A stretch of 64,000 nt of DNA, taken from Haliotis rufescens (lineage: Eukaryota). Positions 25,331 to 38,925 of this stretch are shown here, in pieces. The translations under genes were made by a program, and so were the position numbers. The stretch covers positions 248,001 to 312,000 of the forward strand of contig NW_025964223.1 in the NCBI RefSeq assembly GCF_023055435.1. The letters run 5' to 3'. Each line of letters begins with the position of its first letter. Within the stretch, counting starts at the first letter, position 1. The notes beneath the pieces were generated by a model that made no database searches, was not told the origin of the DNA, and was given only the letters and a program-made list of their open reading frames with translations.

Positions 25331-25781
25331 TTTCTCGAGTGATTCATAAACACATGCTCATGACATTGTCGGAATCGTACAATCGACTCTGCTTTTGGCA
25401 GAGATTTCTGTTGAATGTGGTAAGGGTATTGTCGCTTTTATGTATTTGAAGAAGAATGGGGACAGGACTTGGTGAATTGTGGTAGGGTCGGAGGCTTCAG
25501 ATGGAGACTTTAGTGGTGGAGGTTGAAAGATGTTGGCGAGTCGGACGTTGTGCTGATGTTGATGCCGAGACGTTGCTGTCGCTGATAGTACTTGCTACGG
25601 CCGATTATACCATGAAAAAATCTGAATGAATGAGTCATAATGATTGCGTCTTTTAATGTTTTGGCTCCAGCTCAGATGCGTGAAACCCTATCATGATCAG
25701 TTCGTCTCGTATGTTTTAGCTTCAGTTGTGACATCCCACTTCCTACAATAACGGGTTCGCCTTTTAATGTATTAGTTCGAT

Positions 25782-25817
25782 CAGAGACCATATAATAGAT
25801 TATATATATGGTCTTTG
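25782..25817. mobile_element. 36-bp micro-MITE of the same family, with 7-bp TSD
   Basis: CAGAGACCATATA...TATATGGTCTTTG; flanking GTTCGAT at 25775-25781 and 25818-25824. Confidence 0.65.
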
Positions 25818-28800
25818 GTTCGATTTAAGACGCGCCACTTCCTATTATGAATTTGAGTTCGTGCGCCGAGAATAGGGATTAAGGCTTTCCTAAGAAGTTT
25901 GACCAAGTGATGTGCACATAAGTTGAATAATAAGTGATGAAGTAGTCCGAAAATATTGATATGAGTTGGACGTATCAGCAAACGTGTGGCAAGCGGTCAT
26001 TGCAATAGAGGCTGAGACACGTACAGAAAGATAATACTGACTTCTCCAAGGATGTTATGTAATTTTCTAGATAGTTGCGAGCTTCACATGTGAGACTGAT
26101 TGAATACAGCACCTTATATGTAACTTAATATAACACAATAAAGACTATTACCACAGTTAACTATTATATAAATATTGATGAAAAAATGACCAATTTTACA
26201 ACTGTGACACTATTAAAATGAGTTGTACTTTAAGTGTTTTAGTTCAAGTTGAGATCCATCAAAGATGGCGGCACACTCTGCCATAGATATTTTTCAAACA
26301 AATAATCTGTTTTACGTTCAAAGATTGACGTTTCATTTTGTTAAACTGTGTGAATTAAATTGACACTACGAAAAAACACGAAGAACGCATCGAAGATATC
26401 ACGTTAGAAATGTTCTTAATCGTGATAGCGATCCACATAGCTATGGAGTCGATAGCTTACAATATATTTCTATCCGAGTCCATGCTGAAGAAGTGTGAAA
26501 CAACATACCTTTTCGATAATTTGGGAAGGATTAAAACGAAAGGTGTCGGCAGGCTCTATAGTAATGACCGTGACCTTATTGATAACTCAGGGTCAGCTAA
26601 TCTTATTGATTTAACAAGCAAATACATGTGATGAAATATGCGTATAGTATATTTGTATGAAGAGAGTTATCTAAATTGCAATCTTTAAAAACAGGTGATT
26701 AACGACGTAGATGTATTCCATTAAATATAGCAAATTATTGATATTTTGAGAACAAAAGTTAAGCACATATTTTCGTATCGTATTTGAAAAATCAAGTAAA
26801 AAATGGGTTCCCTTGCTCATTGTCCAAAATTCACTTCCCAATATATTTTCGCAGAAAATGCTTATTTAATTAATTTTACTGATCAATATAAAATAGACAT
26901 ATCCACCACAATAATCTTTGAATTTTGCATTCAATCTTGAATGGACCGATTTTAAAATAATAATTGATGTTGGTCTTTTTAAAATTTAAGTGTACATTTA
27001 CCCGTTTTATATTCACAAAATATAGATACTTGAGACCATTCAAACAATAATATCATTGTATAGGATAGGGTCACCGGACAAATACTATAAACTGCAATGC
27101 TTTCACACAAGCCAAGCGTCATCGAACGACGTTCTGGAATAGATTTAACACATTGGCAATGTAGATATTTCGCTCCTCAGCCAGATTTAAATGAAATCAG
27201 ACAAATCAGTTTATTAGCTCCACTTGATTTAAAAGGATAGAAAAGGACTGCATTATATGTATGTTTACGTTAACTTGTGGCGTGTTCCATGAGACAACAT
27301 AACGTGACAATTCCTAAATTATCTCCCTTTGTGAACGAAATTGTCAATATCAAAATTTGATAAGAATTATGGATCTGGATAGGTTTAAAAAAAAAATACA
27401 TCATCTAAATACAAATAGCTTGATATTGTATTTGAGACCTTTGTTTATTCGTGAAATATATTGGATATGTAAATAAAAAAAGAAACTAACATTGTCAGTG
27501 TAACTCGCTCGTGGGTGCGCTGCTTCCTGAACAATTTTTGTTTTGAGTGTTTCCAGGTATAACGTTTGTGATTTCTCCATAAAAATTTGTCAAAAACACA
27601 AAAAACAAGCAGTATTGTGAAACTGACCCAGCATACATCAAGTAACATCAGACCTGAACTCGCATCTTAAATGCTGAACGCTTGCTATTCGATAATAGGT
27701 CTCATCATTGTCATTTAAAATAACGTCCCTTAATTACTTTCGTCCTTGACTTTGTACGCGATGTGTTTACATAGGGCTCTCCTCTCTCGCGTGAGGATCA
27801 TTAGAAGGGAAAATTGTGAAGCATCTTTTTTGCACATTATTTCAATTCTAATAACTATAATGTGGTAACACTACATTTATTGATTATAATATTTATTGGG
27901 TTCGAAAAATGCCTTTGCATTGCACGCCGTAAAATTGGCACGGCTCACATGGGCGAAAGCTATGAATACACAATGCTATTTAGAAAGTGGTCAAATGTAA
28001 CATATGTTATATTTCTTAGTAAAGTACGTTTTCATGGGTTGAAATCTATTCAACAAACCTATTTTCGATCATCGTTTACGGCGCTGTATGTCATACAAGC
28101 ATATTGCTTCGTTGAGCAATCACACAGACCGCTTAATTATACGTCGAGTGTTATAATGTGTTGTGAATGGTTTAAATCTACCTTACAAAATGCTTGAAAC
28201 GAGATGTAATTGGACAATTTTAATACATGAATTTGTAAGCTCAAGAAGCATAGAGTTGGCTATATTTAATACAAGGAAACGATAATATTGTTTTATAAAT
28301 ACGACTTTAGAGGTGTATTTTACAACTAGGTATGTACATGCACATTCAAAGACATTCGTTGGAGATTACAGTACAGTTTTCCATTTCATCCCATTCTACA
28401 AGAGGAAAGGTTTGAAATAGATAATGATCGTTGGTGAATGAAAGTAATGGAATAACTTGTCATATATTCTTGGTATTAAACTTAAAATATAACCAATAAA
28501 TATCTTTAATATTAATGGTTTTCAGTTATTATATCTTTCCTTTTTTCTTATGGCCTGGCTGAACTACAGCTTGGAGGGAACATACACAATTTAAAATGGT
28601 GAAAAAAGAACCACAAGAACACATTCATTTTGCTCTTAGACAAGATTTTTCTTTTACATATTCTATTTCTTACTAAGGATGCAAAACAAAGTAATATCAC
28701 TAAATACGTATGTCACTGATCGAAGTATTTGATAATTTATATAATGCAGCGTGAAAAAACACAAAATGAAAACTAATTAAAACATCAAAACGAAATCACA

Positions 28801-29789
28801 GTTAGTCTACACTGAAATCATTTTGTCATTAAGAAATCGATTGTGAATTTACCCATACATTGCGTGTAGATCTAATTATATTTACTGTATATGTTATAAA
28901 TTGAACCATGCGAGATTCTAATATATGAGGCTAAAAATTAAAAAGGTTGTTTAATATAGAGTCCATTTTGACAGCTTTCTCACTGTAAAACATTCTATGC
29001 CCTTACTCAACTAAGTGCACATAATTTTCTTGGAAAATCAAACCTTTAAACAGAAATGAAAAGCACGTTCGTGAACATACCAAAATTAGAAAACGGCCCA
29101 ACCGTCAGTGTTAGTCTAATGATAAAGGTCTCATTCACTCGTCGGTCACCGTGGTAAACCCATTCGTGATGTACTAGTCTACTTTCTAGTTCTGTCCTAG
29201 AGAATACATTATTATTTGGAAACTGAAACCACGTGTATCCATTTTACGACCACAACATTAGATCAAATGCTATGCTGGACTTTCCCTGTGAAGAATGTGG
29301 TCAGTAGATATAGGGGTGTATTTTGCTGGTCCGAATGTTCCGAGTAGGAGGGAAAGTATAACCTTCCGCATTCATGGTGAAGTGTAAGAATGAGTTGCGG
29401 GTGCTGTCCACACCCAATGATACCCCAGTTACCGTAGAAAGTTGTAGTGTCAGCTGAGGTCGTCTGAAAGTCTGATCTCAAGAGCACATATACTGATAGA
29501 TATTAAAAGGTTCTAAGCTTCAGGTTAAAATGAAGAGATACACTGTCTCCGTTTGACCATTAATTTAGCACAATAGTCAGTGCAAAGATTTGGAGTTATG
29601 GACGTCTGTGGTGTGTACCTGTTCCGGCAACTAACTTTGTAGAGATTTATAGCGATTTGCGTATCACTACCAAAGGATCATTGTGAAAACAAAATCAAGA
29701 CTCTATAGTCTATATTGAAATGTACTACCCCCAGTAACGATGATTTAGATTTTAAATGTTTTAGATCCAGTTCAGACGTGAAAAATCCC

Positions 29790-30920
29790 ATTTTAATAAG
29801 TTGGTCTTTTAATGTTTCAGCGCCACTTCCTGGTATAATGAGTTGGTCTCTCATGTTTCAGCTCCGGTTGTGACTCGCCACTCCATATAATAACTTGTTC
29901 TCATATGTTTCAGCTCCGGTTGTCACGCGCCACTTCTCATAATGAGTTGGTCTCTTTTGTTTCAGCTGCAATTGTGATGCATCACTTCATTTAATTAGTT
30001 GGTCTCTAATGTTTCATCTCCAGTTGTGACGCACCACTTTAAAACACCCGTTCCGGGGTAGAATAGGTCTTCAGCAACCCATACTTGCCATAAAAGGCGA
30101 CTATGCTTGTCTTTGGAGGCGACTAACGAGATCGAGTGGTCAGGCTCGCTGACTTGGTTGGTGAATGTCATTGATCCCAATTGCGTGGATCGATGGTCAT
30201 ATCAATCACTGGATTGTCTGGTCCAGACTCGATTATTTACAGACCGCCGTCATGTAGCTGGAATATTGCTGAGTGTGAAGTTAAACAACAAACAAACACT
30301 TCATATAATGAGTTGTTCTCTTTTGTTTCATCTCCAGCTGCGATGCACCACTTCTTATAATGAGTTGGTCTCTCATGTTTGAGCTCCAGTTGTGACGCAA
30401 CACTTCAGATAATGAGTTTGTCTCTCATGCTTCAGCTCTGATTGTGATGTGACACTTCATGAGTTAGTGTGGATTGTTTCATCTCCAGTTGTGACACGCC
30501 CCTTCATATTATAGTTGGTCTCCAAAGTTTCAGCTCCAGCTGCGATGCACCATTTCATATAATGAGTTGGTCTCTATGTTTCAGCTCCATCTGCGATGCA
30601 CCATTTCATATAATGAGTTGGTCTCTTTTGTTTCAGCTGCAGTTGCGATGCACCATTTCATATAATGAGTTGGTCTCTTTTGTTTCAGCTGCAGTTGCGA
30701 TGCAACACTTCATATAATGAGTTGGTCTCTATGTTTCAGCTCCAGTTGTGATGCAACACTTCAGATAATGAGTTGGTCTCTAATGTTTCATATCCAGTTG
30801 CTATGGACCACTTCATATAATGAGTTGGTCTCTAATGTTTCATATCCAGTTGCTATGGACCACTTCATATAATGAGTTGGTCTCTATGTTTCAGCTCCAG
30901 TTGTGAGACAACACTTCATA
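29790..30920. repeat. Minisatellite of about 52 bp; diverged relatives at about 25630-25860
   Basis: CACTTCATATAATGAGTTGGTCTCT..TGTTTCAGCTCCAGTTGTGA units. Confidence 0.9.
30046..30297 (+). mobile_element. Family A copy inserted into the 52-bp satellite
   Basis: Family A sequence with satellite units on both sides. Confidence 0.8.
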
Positions 30921-31110
30921 ACACCCGTGAAAATCTGGGGAGAATAGGTCTTCAGCAACCCATGCTTGTCGTAAGAGGCGACTAATGGGTTCGGGTGGTC
31001 AGGCTCGCTGACATGGTTGATGCATGTCATTGATCCCAAATTGCGTGGACACTGCTTATTACTGTTTACAAACTGAAAAAGTTGGAAGAATGATATTGGA
31101 TGATAAATAA

Positions 31111-31255
31111 AATCTCACCCTCGTGTCTTTTGATATCAAATATATCAACACCCGTTGATAAAAGTGGAAAAAAATCCTCGGCAAGCCTGGAACTTTTCCC
31201 ACTTTTATCAACTCGTGATGATATATTTGATATCAAAAGACACTCGGGTGAGATT
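31111..31255. mobile_element. Palindrome of about 145 bp (MITE-like hairpin)
   Basis: Arms AATCTCACCCTCGTGTCTTTTGATATCAAATATATCA / TGATATATTTGATATCAAAAGACACTCGGGTGAGATT; central CCTCGGCAAGCCT. Confidence 0.75.
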
Positions 31256-32149
31256 CTCTATATCTTATCCTTACTCAGTACTCCAACCTCTCAAAGGAGT
31301 GAATGCCATTTTACCAGCAATATTCCAGTTGTGTATAAGCCAGACAAAACACTGGTTGATATGGCCTGAGTTCCCACGTGGTCCAAGTGCCATGACTGCA
31401 ATCAGCCAAGCCACTGGTCGGCAACCCATGCTTGCTGTAATAGGCGAGTAAGGGTATCAGGTAGTCAGCGAGCTATCAGGTGGTCAGGCTCACTGACTTG
31501 GTTGATGCATGTCAAAACAAACATACACATGATCCTCAGTGGAGTCTGCCCATGAGAGAAGAATGTACTCAGGACCTTTTGGGCCTTCTTAAAATAATAT
31601 GAACAATACAAGCCAATTTCAAGTGATTGTACAGTTTATTAATTGTATCATTACAAGTAAGTTGATTCGTAAATATTTTAACAAATTTGAAAAAAGAAAC
31701 CTATAACACACTATATACAAATATACACCACCAATACCAGCACAATATAACAATAACGTCCATTGTGATTAAGGAACTGACAATATGATAATTAGAGGGG
31801 TGGGGGGGGATGTTGTAAAATATAATTTTGTCCAAGAAATTGCTTGAAAAAAATACTTATGCTTCAGACTATTGGAAACAATTATTTGGATTGCTTGCCT
31901 CAAAACATACATGGTTTCAAGGTGTTTTTTAAACAAAATATTTATGCTCGTAGCTTTATTTAACAAAATATCTGGTTTTGCAGCTATTCTCCATACAAAA
32001 TCCCAGCCGCCCCTCTGAGATATCAAATGGTAAGAGCTTAAATGAGTGTCAATGATCTGGTCACTGTGCTCCAATAGATAACATAGAATAAATACAAGCA
32101 ACCTGACACATGCTATACACAGGAAGCCAGGTTTATGACATATTCCCGA

Positions 32150-32668
32150 GGCAAGGGAGCCAAATGACCATAAAAGTAGAGTTTTCACCCTTGACAAACT
32201 AGGCTGGAATTATGGAGTTAAATTTTGGCTGGACTCACGAGTCTATGCATAGTCCAATCAAAAGCAGGTACAAAAATCAACATCCTGTTCGTAAACAGTC
32301 ATGCAGATGTCGGTCAATTGCAGGTTTTGGAAAAGATGTGCCGTAAACTTGGCCTCAACAGATATTTCCCAAATCTTTTCATGTTTTTAATCAAGGTGCT
32401 CAAGTGATTTGATGCACTTCTCAAAGTAAGACTCGTTTTATCAAAATATAGGTTTTGATTATCAATCAGATCGTCTTGACTGGGCGCCACCATTTTGTTT
32501 GAAGCAAATACAAGTGATATGAGAGGTGGAATCTGATTGGCCAATAGGAGGGACACAGAAGGGACATTACTCGTAATAGCCACTACTTGGGCTACAATCG
32601 AGGCCAGAAATTCCAGCCTAGTTCAGCAAGGATGGAAACTGACCTTTTAGTCAGTTAACTCCCTTGCC
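32150..32668. mobile_element. Degenerate MITE with long imperfect terminal inverted repeats
   Basis: GGCAAGGGAG...CTAGGCTGGAATT at left versus AATTCCAGCCTAG...CTCCCTTGCC at right. Confidence 0.55.
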
Positions 32669-33874
32669 GGGGGAAGATGGGTTAATGACGGACTCCCCAG
32701 CTGCAGCATACAGTGCGTTCACACATTCAACACACAACAACAGCAGATAGATTGTCACATAAAATCTTTTTCCGAAGTTCAATCTGAGAGAAAGATCATT
32801 TAAATTTTATAAAGAAATAGACTGCAAGATATATTAAAATGATCTGATGAGATAATTTCACACATGTCAAAGAGTTATAAATATTAGACCTTCAAAATTA
32901 TTTTAATTTCCCAAAGGATGAAAAACTTTGAGATAGACACATTGCAGTATAGTTTAGTTTTTCAAATATGACACATTGCAGTATAGTTTAGTTTTTCAAA
33001 TATGACTGAGATTGATATTTTCATGTTGGCAATAATGGGCATTCAAGCCATAAAATTATCATTAAGTTTAAATGCCAACAAGACGTAACTTCATGGCTGA
33101 CTTCTTAAACAAAGCCAAGGAGCCTTGTGCGTGGATCTTAATACTTTGTTTTAATTCCAGTGTACCAAGGCATGAAATGAACATGAACACTGTCAGACCT
33201 AAACCTGAAACTGACGGTGCACAGTATATCAAAATCTATTCAATGAAACGTCAATGAATATGAACCAAATATTAGAGATAAAAATTTGAAAATACCAAAT
33301 AGAAATACCAATAGGATTCTGTTAAAACCAATTATTGCCTCGAAGTTTGTGTTTTTTTACATAAAATATGCCTGATAGGCTCACACATTGATGATGATAG
33401 AAGTAGGATGCTTCAGTCCCAGCTTCCATGGAATGACAACATAATAACCCTTCAACACAAACAGTAACATGACGGAGTTGGAGCTTAATGAGGCCTATAG
33501 GGGAGTACAGCTTACCAGTTACATATACATGTTCCCATACTCTGTACAGTCATGTCCAGCCCTGCCTGGGTATAATTAACACATTACTAGACATGAGGTA
33601 TAGGTAATGGGCCATTCACACTGACTATCATGATTAGAAAGTGACTACAATTTGTGATGTGATATGTAACGTATCACTCGGTGATATTGAGGCTTTGGTG
33701 AATCGCTCTGAACTACTGTTACTGCATCAGAATGAAAAGATTAGAAACCAATTTCTCTTGAAGGTGTTTCCATAATTAGAGTACCTTCAGTTTCTTCTTG
33801 AAGTGAGTGAGTGAGTGAATTTGGTTTAACACTGCCCTGAACAATATACATGTCATATCAGCTTGACGTTTGAG

Positions 33875-34025
33875 TGAGTGAGTTTGGTTTTATGCCGCCT
33901 TTAACAATATTCCATCAATATCATGGCGGGGGACACCAGAAATGGGCTTCACACATTGTCCCCATGTCGGGAATCGAACCTGGGTCTGTGGCGTGACGAG
34001 CAAACGCTTTAACCACCAGGCTACC
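33875..34025 (-). mobile_element. tRNA-derived SINE (family B) nested in a family C SINE (about 33802-34230)
   Basis: Same sequence as the 40655 copy; 11-bp TSD TGACGTTTGAG (33864-33874, 34026-34036). Confidence 0.88.
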
Positions 34026-37002
34026 TGACGTTTGAGACAACACCAACGTCATGCAGGTTCTTGACATTACCCCTAAGGTGTAACCCATGAGCTAGAGAGC
34101 ATGGTGCTGACAAACCTAGAAACAGTCCGGCACTTAAACCAATGATCATAGGCTCCTGCCAAACCTAAGGGCTGCAACTCTGCACAGCAAATTCTGGTGC
34201 CTTAGACATTAGCCCACCAGTGCCACATTCTTGAAGAAGGCAGTGCATAAATCTCACTTCAGACAAAGGTTTCTTTGACGCCATAAAATATAAAATGAGT
34301 GAATTACATGGACATGGAAACTACACATATTTTCTCAAAAGGAACACTGTCACAATGTCATTGGGGTTTTGAAGTTTCTTAATTCTACGAGAACAAAGGC
34401 CCTTCAACAAGATACTACACCAATACTATAAATAAAATAACCATGAGGAATAATGCATTAAACTTGAATCTTATTACTTGTATAAGGGTTACAGCTTTAA
34501 GGCTCGCATCAATATTAAATTACTGATTGAAGAAAACATTCTAAACTTACTATCAACAGAGCAGCAGTTATCAACGTCTCAATAAGAAATGACTCCCTAA
34601 ACATCTGTCACTTGTTGCAGCGAGCTGCCCACCTTGAATCATTTTAACTGGATGAATGGCATGTCTAACTCAATTAAAACGTAGAAGCTATTTGAAAATG
34701 TTTTTCTTGTATATGAGGTGATGGTGAAGAGATTCTCACGCAAGTGTACATTTCTCCTGAAGAAAAACAAATTTTTTCTTGTTTTATGGATGAACCTATC
34801 CAAAATTGTGATTTCATTAATTTTTTTATTATAATGTTTAGATTTATTTTAAAGGAAAGTGACCTCAAAACAACTCTTCTTGTAGGACCTCATGTATATT
34901 GGGAGATAGACCACTAGACCAATAAATCTGTGAAGCAAGGGCCTACCTAACTGGAGGTTAAAGTACTTGTTGAAGCACTTGTTTCTTGGATCTGCTAAAC
35001 AACATGATTGCAGAAAGGCCACACACACAGGGCAGTCTAACTTAAACCAACTATTAAGCAACATACAGAATCTCTTGTTTAAAATTGCAAACACTATTTA
35101 CAAACTAGAAACACTATACATGGAAACCACAGCCAGACGATAAAAGTAATTGATTCATAAAAACAGACATCTGCTCCCGTCAGGACGAGACTGTTGGAGA
35201 TTCCACACACAGAAGCCAGCACTTACACGCCTAGTTTATGGAAGTACTTCTCTCCCATAATGTATCTTTCATAACAACATTAAGTAAGAACTGATAAATG
35301 CTAAAGTCAGTCAGAACTGCTGTTATCTAACATCTCAACAACAAAATATCCTTCAAGTTTTTTTCGAAATTTAAATAAGTGATGTCGTATCCGTTGTTTC
35401 CAAATCTAAATGGTGACAAAGGTTATATGTACACTAGTGCCAACCCTAAATTGAGTGCCACTTTGAACAGTATTCCCTTCATAAGACAGTATGTCATCTT
35501 GATGTGAGAGGAAAGCCTGAAGTGACACAGGTCAAAGATGGTTGCCACAAGAACCCAAAATTGAGCAAGCTCAAAATGAGTAATCTTAAGAAAACCCATC
35601 TTTTTCATATTACCTGGCAACATCCATGATTATTAGTTGAAGGATGTATTAAGCAATGTAGAAACTTGGCCGAGCAAACATGGAAATAATACACACTTGT
35701 AAGTAATGACAAAACCCAGTCATGCTGGCCATGTTTTAGCAAAGTTTTCGTAATAATTTTCACTTATTCGTAACTTGGTCGGCATCTCTGTGTACACCAG
35801 TCTTAGTCAATGCTACCACTATCAACTGACATCAACATCTTATGGAAATTATTAACCAACATGATTGTACAGCTACCTTCTATGTACAGTCTACTGGTGA
35901 ATATCAGGGTAAACAAGAGATCTATGTGACAATATGCAAGTGAAGTTCATCGTCTATTTCCTAGCTGCTACAGTCTACCTAGTACATATATACCTACCAC
36001 AGAGCCATAATTGGAGCAAACACAAGACACTGATCCATCCACCAAGCAGTGGCCATGAAGTACATTACTGTGGTCCTCTGCAGCATCCAATACATACAAG
36101 GTATTATTACTTGTTAAACAGAAACAAAACCCAAATTTTCCTAAAAAAAATAATGTTCATGCCATGCTTGTCAACTTATTTCAGTAACATGAAAGTACTT
36201 GTAGGAAGCAATCTTTCAACAAAACCTCTTTTTTTTATATTATTATTATCTTTATTAGTCCACTTGACCGTTAAAACTGTAGTTTTTAAATTGTGATTTT
36301 ATCAGTTTTTTAAAACACTGGTCCTTGAGTTTAGGAAGATCTCTGTATACAAAGTGATGAAAACAGAGGCCTGACCCTGATAATGTAGTTGATCCAGATA
36401 CATAGGGGGATCCAGAGGCCCCCCCTCCCCTCCTTTGAAAAGCAGTGTAGTATTGTGTAGGCAGTACCATTATCTGAGAATATTTTGATATTTTGAACCC
36501 CTCCCTTTTAAAAATGTTGGATCTGTCCTTGAGATAGAAGTTTAAGGAAGCTGTATGAATATTGGTTCTTTGTCACCCAGCTAACATGTTCACAGCCAAC
36601 CTGAAACTTGGAAACAAGTTTTATTGCTACCTAGAAATGAATTCTACCAAATTCATTCAAAATCACTGGGTTAAATAAATACCCCTTTTATATTTATTTT
36701 AATATATCTGAATACCTATTTAAACCTGGTGGTCAATGGAAACACAAAATACAAATTGTTCCCTATTCTCCCTTATTCATACTCAGAGATAGAATTACAA
36801 GAGTCAGGATTGACACAGCTTACAACAATATTTCAGTTATATCAGTGTGTTGATTGGCGGGGAACCTGAAGGGACGCAGGTCAGACACTTGCCTCCGTGG
36901 TAAAACCCACAATCAAGTTATGGTGCTGAAAACATGGAATCCTAACCCCCCACATGGATATCCTGATACGACAAAGGGATGCAACTCTGTAGTGACTTAT
37001 AT

Positions 37003-37195
37003 TAAGAAAGTTAACAGCTTTAGGGGTAAGAACTTCTGGTTTATTGCATAGAGCGACATTTCGATGTACTAGTAGGTTCTTACACCGTTATCAAGCGCTC
37101 ACCCAAGCTTGATAACGGTCTAAGAATCCACATCGAAACATCGCTATATGCAAAAAACAAAAAGTTTTTATCCATAAAGTTGTATGCTTTCTAAC
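37003..37195. mobile_element. Inverted-repeat element carrying two minimal hammerhead-like motifs (probable Penelope-like remnant)
   Basis: Both arms read GC-TTGATAA-C-stem-GAAA-NN-TC-GC; AATAAA follows in the minus-strand arm; duplicated flanks of about 50 bp. Confidence 0.55.
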
Positions 37196-37925
37196 TTACC
37201 AACTTCTTCTTGCCAATCAAACAGTTAGCGATTGAACCCACCACATGCATATCCTCAAAGGGATGCCACTCTGTAGTGATTTATATTGCCCTAAAGCATT
37301 GATCCATCCTAAGACTAAAAGATGTACCACAGCTATCGCCAGAGGTAAATGGACAAATCAACATGTACAGGTTACAAACCAATTAATTACAAAAGGTAGC
37401 ATGAAAAAGTTGTAATTTAAAGCCATGAGAAAATGTTGTTTATTTCCTGATCATCAAAAGAGAATGGTGGCTTCATCCCACTGGTTATTACAGGACCATA
37501 AACCATACTTCTGAAGCAACCAATTACCAACAGAAACGCGACCTTTGAACAAGAAGATAGTTTCAATCTCAACACTGTGTACCTTCGGCAAACATCAAGG
37601 GTAATCTTTACATTCTCCAGACTGACAGCGACAGGAAACATGACTGTTATGGAATGGAAGGATCCTTCATTGTACACAGGACGCATCGTTAAACCAGATG
37701 AACTTCTTAAGTGGTATGAACATGGCTTTCTAGGATATGCATGAGAAGATCTACACTTTCTGTAGAACACTGACGACTGAGTTTCGTTGTCTAGTCCACA
37801 AACACAACACACACTAGACTTTCAAAACCACCTCATGTAGGCACCTATTGCAGTTCAACTGAAAGGAACTTTCATGACATCGATTACAGTCTTTCACATC
37901 ATGCTTTGGGTGATCATTACCAAGG

Positions 37926-38204
37926 TGAGTGAGTGAGTTGGGTTTAATGCCGCTTTTAACAGTATTACAGTTATATCGTGGCGTGTCAGCTTAATGTGGG
38001 AGGAAAGATCGAAGTGGTGCAGGTCTTGGACGTTCACAACTTCGGTGAAACCCACGAGCACGAGTATGGTGCTGACAAACCTAGAAACATAATTGGGGTG
38101 AACCGGGATTTGAACCCACAATCATAGGTTTCTAGCGTTCCCAAAGGACACAAGTCTGCACAGCGAATCGCGGTGCTTTAGACGACTAGGCCACCCGTGC
38201 ACCC
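37926..38204 (-). mobile_element. Full-length tRNA-derived SINE (family C, 279 bp)
   Basis: A box TGGCCTAGTCG, B box GGTTCAAATCC, (ACTC)n tail; 14-bp TSD GATCATTACCAAGG (37912-37925, 38205-38218). Degenerate copies at about 5904, 14192, 33802, 35455, 36820, 39170, 41360, 41905, 51285, 63764. Confidence 0.88.
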
Positions 38205-38737
38205 GATCATTACCAAGGACACACAAAAACATTTCACTAAATATCTTACACTGTAGTCAGCAAGATGGCCTACAACATGTAATACTTCTTGAGCTGGCAA
38301 ATCTGTGGTTGACAGCATGAGCATCAAACAATAGTGACACAGTAGACATAATTACACTACTCTGCATCAACTGTGGCTACATTCTAAGTGCCCCATATGA
38401 GTATTTAGGATAATATTCTTGTCATCCAAGCACTGTGTTTTCCCTTAAATAACCACCAAAAGAATGAGTAGAAAGGAAATAATACTAGCACTCAAAAACT
38501 GCTGCAAGGCACCGATACCTTGCTTGTACACATCTTCCACACCGACACAGATATCACACAACAGATGACAAACAACACATGACACGTTTTTGATTACTCA
38601 GTTGTGACAGACCTTTTGTACAGTAAAGCCCTGCCAATCCAGACTTTACAAGTCAGCAAAAAATTCATTGTAAAGAATAATTTGTATTGATAGCAATACA
38701 TATTTGTGTGTCAGCCATCTGCCTAGAGTCAAGACAC

Positions 38738-38925
38738 ACAGGTGTCTGGTCTAACAGGTCCAGAATTACAGGTGTCTGGTCTAACAGGTCCAAAATTACA
38801 GGTGTCTGGTCAAACAGGGTCTGGACTTATAGGTGTCTTGTTTAAGAGGGTCCAGAATTACAGGTGTCTGGTCTAACAGGGTCCAGGCCTAGATGATGTC
38901 TTGTCTAACAGGGTCTGGATTAAGA
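38738..38925. repeat. 30-31-bp minisatellite
   Basis: ACAGGTGTCTGGTCTAACAGGTCCAGAATT units. Confidence 0.85.

Noticed and set aside
29263-29487. 74-aa ORF in a locally GC-richer patch
   Set aside because: No recognisable homology or convincing splice context; it could not be assigned
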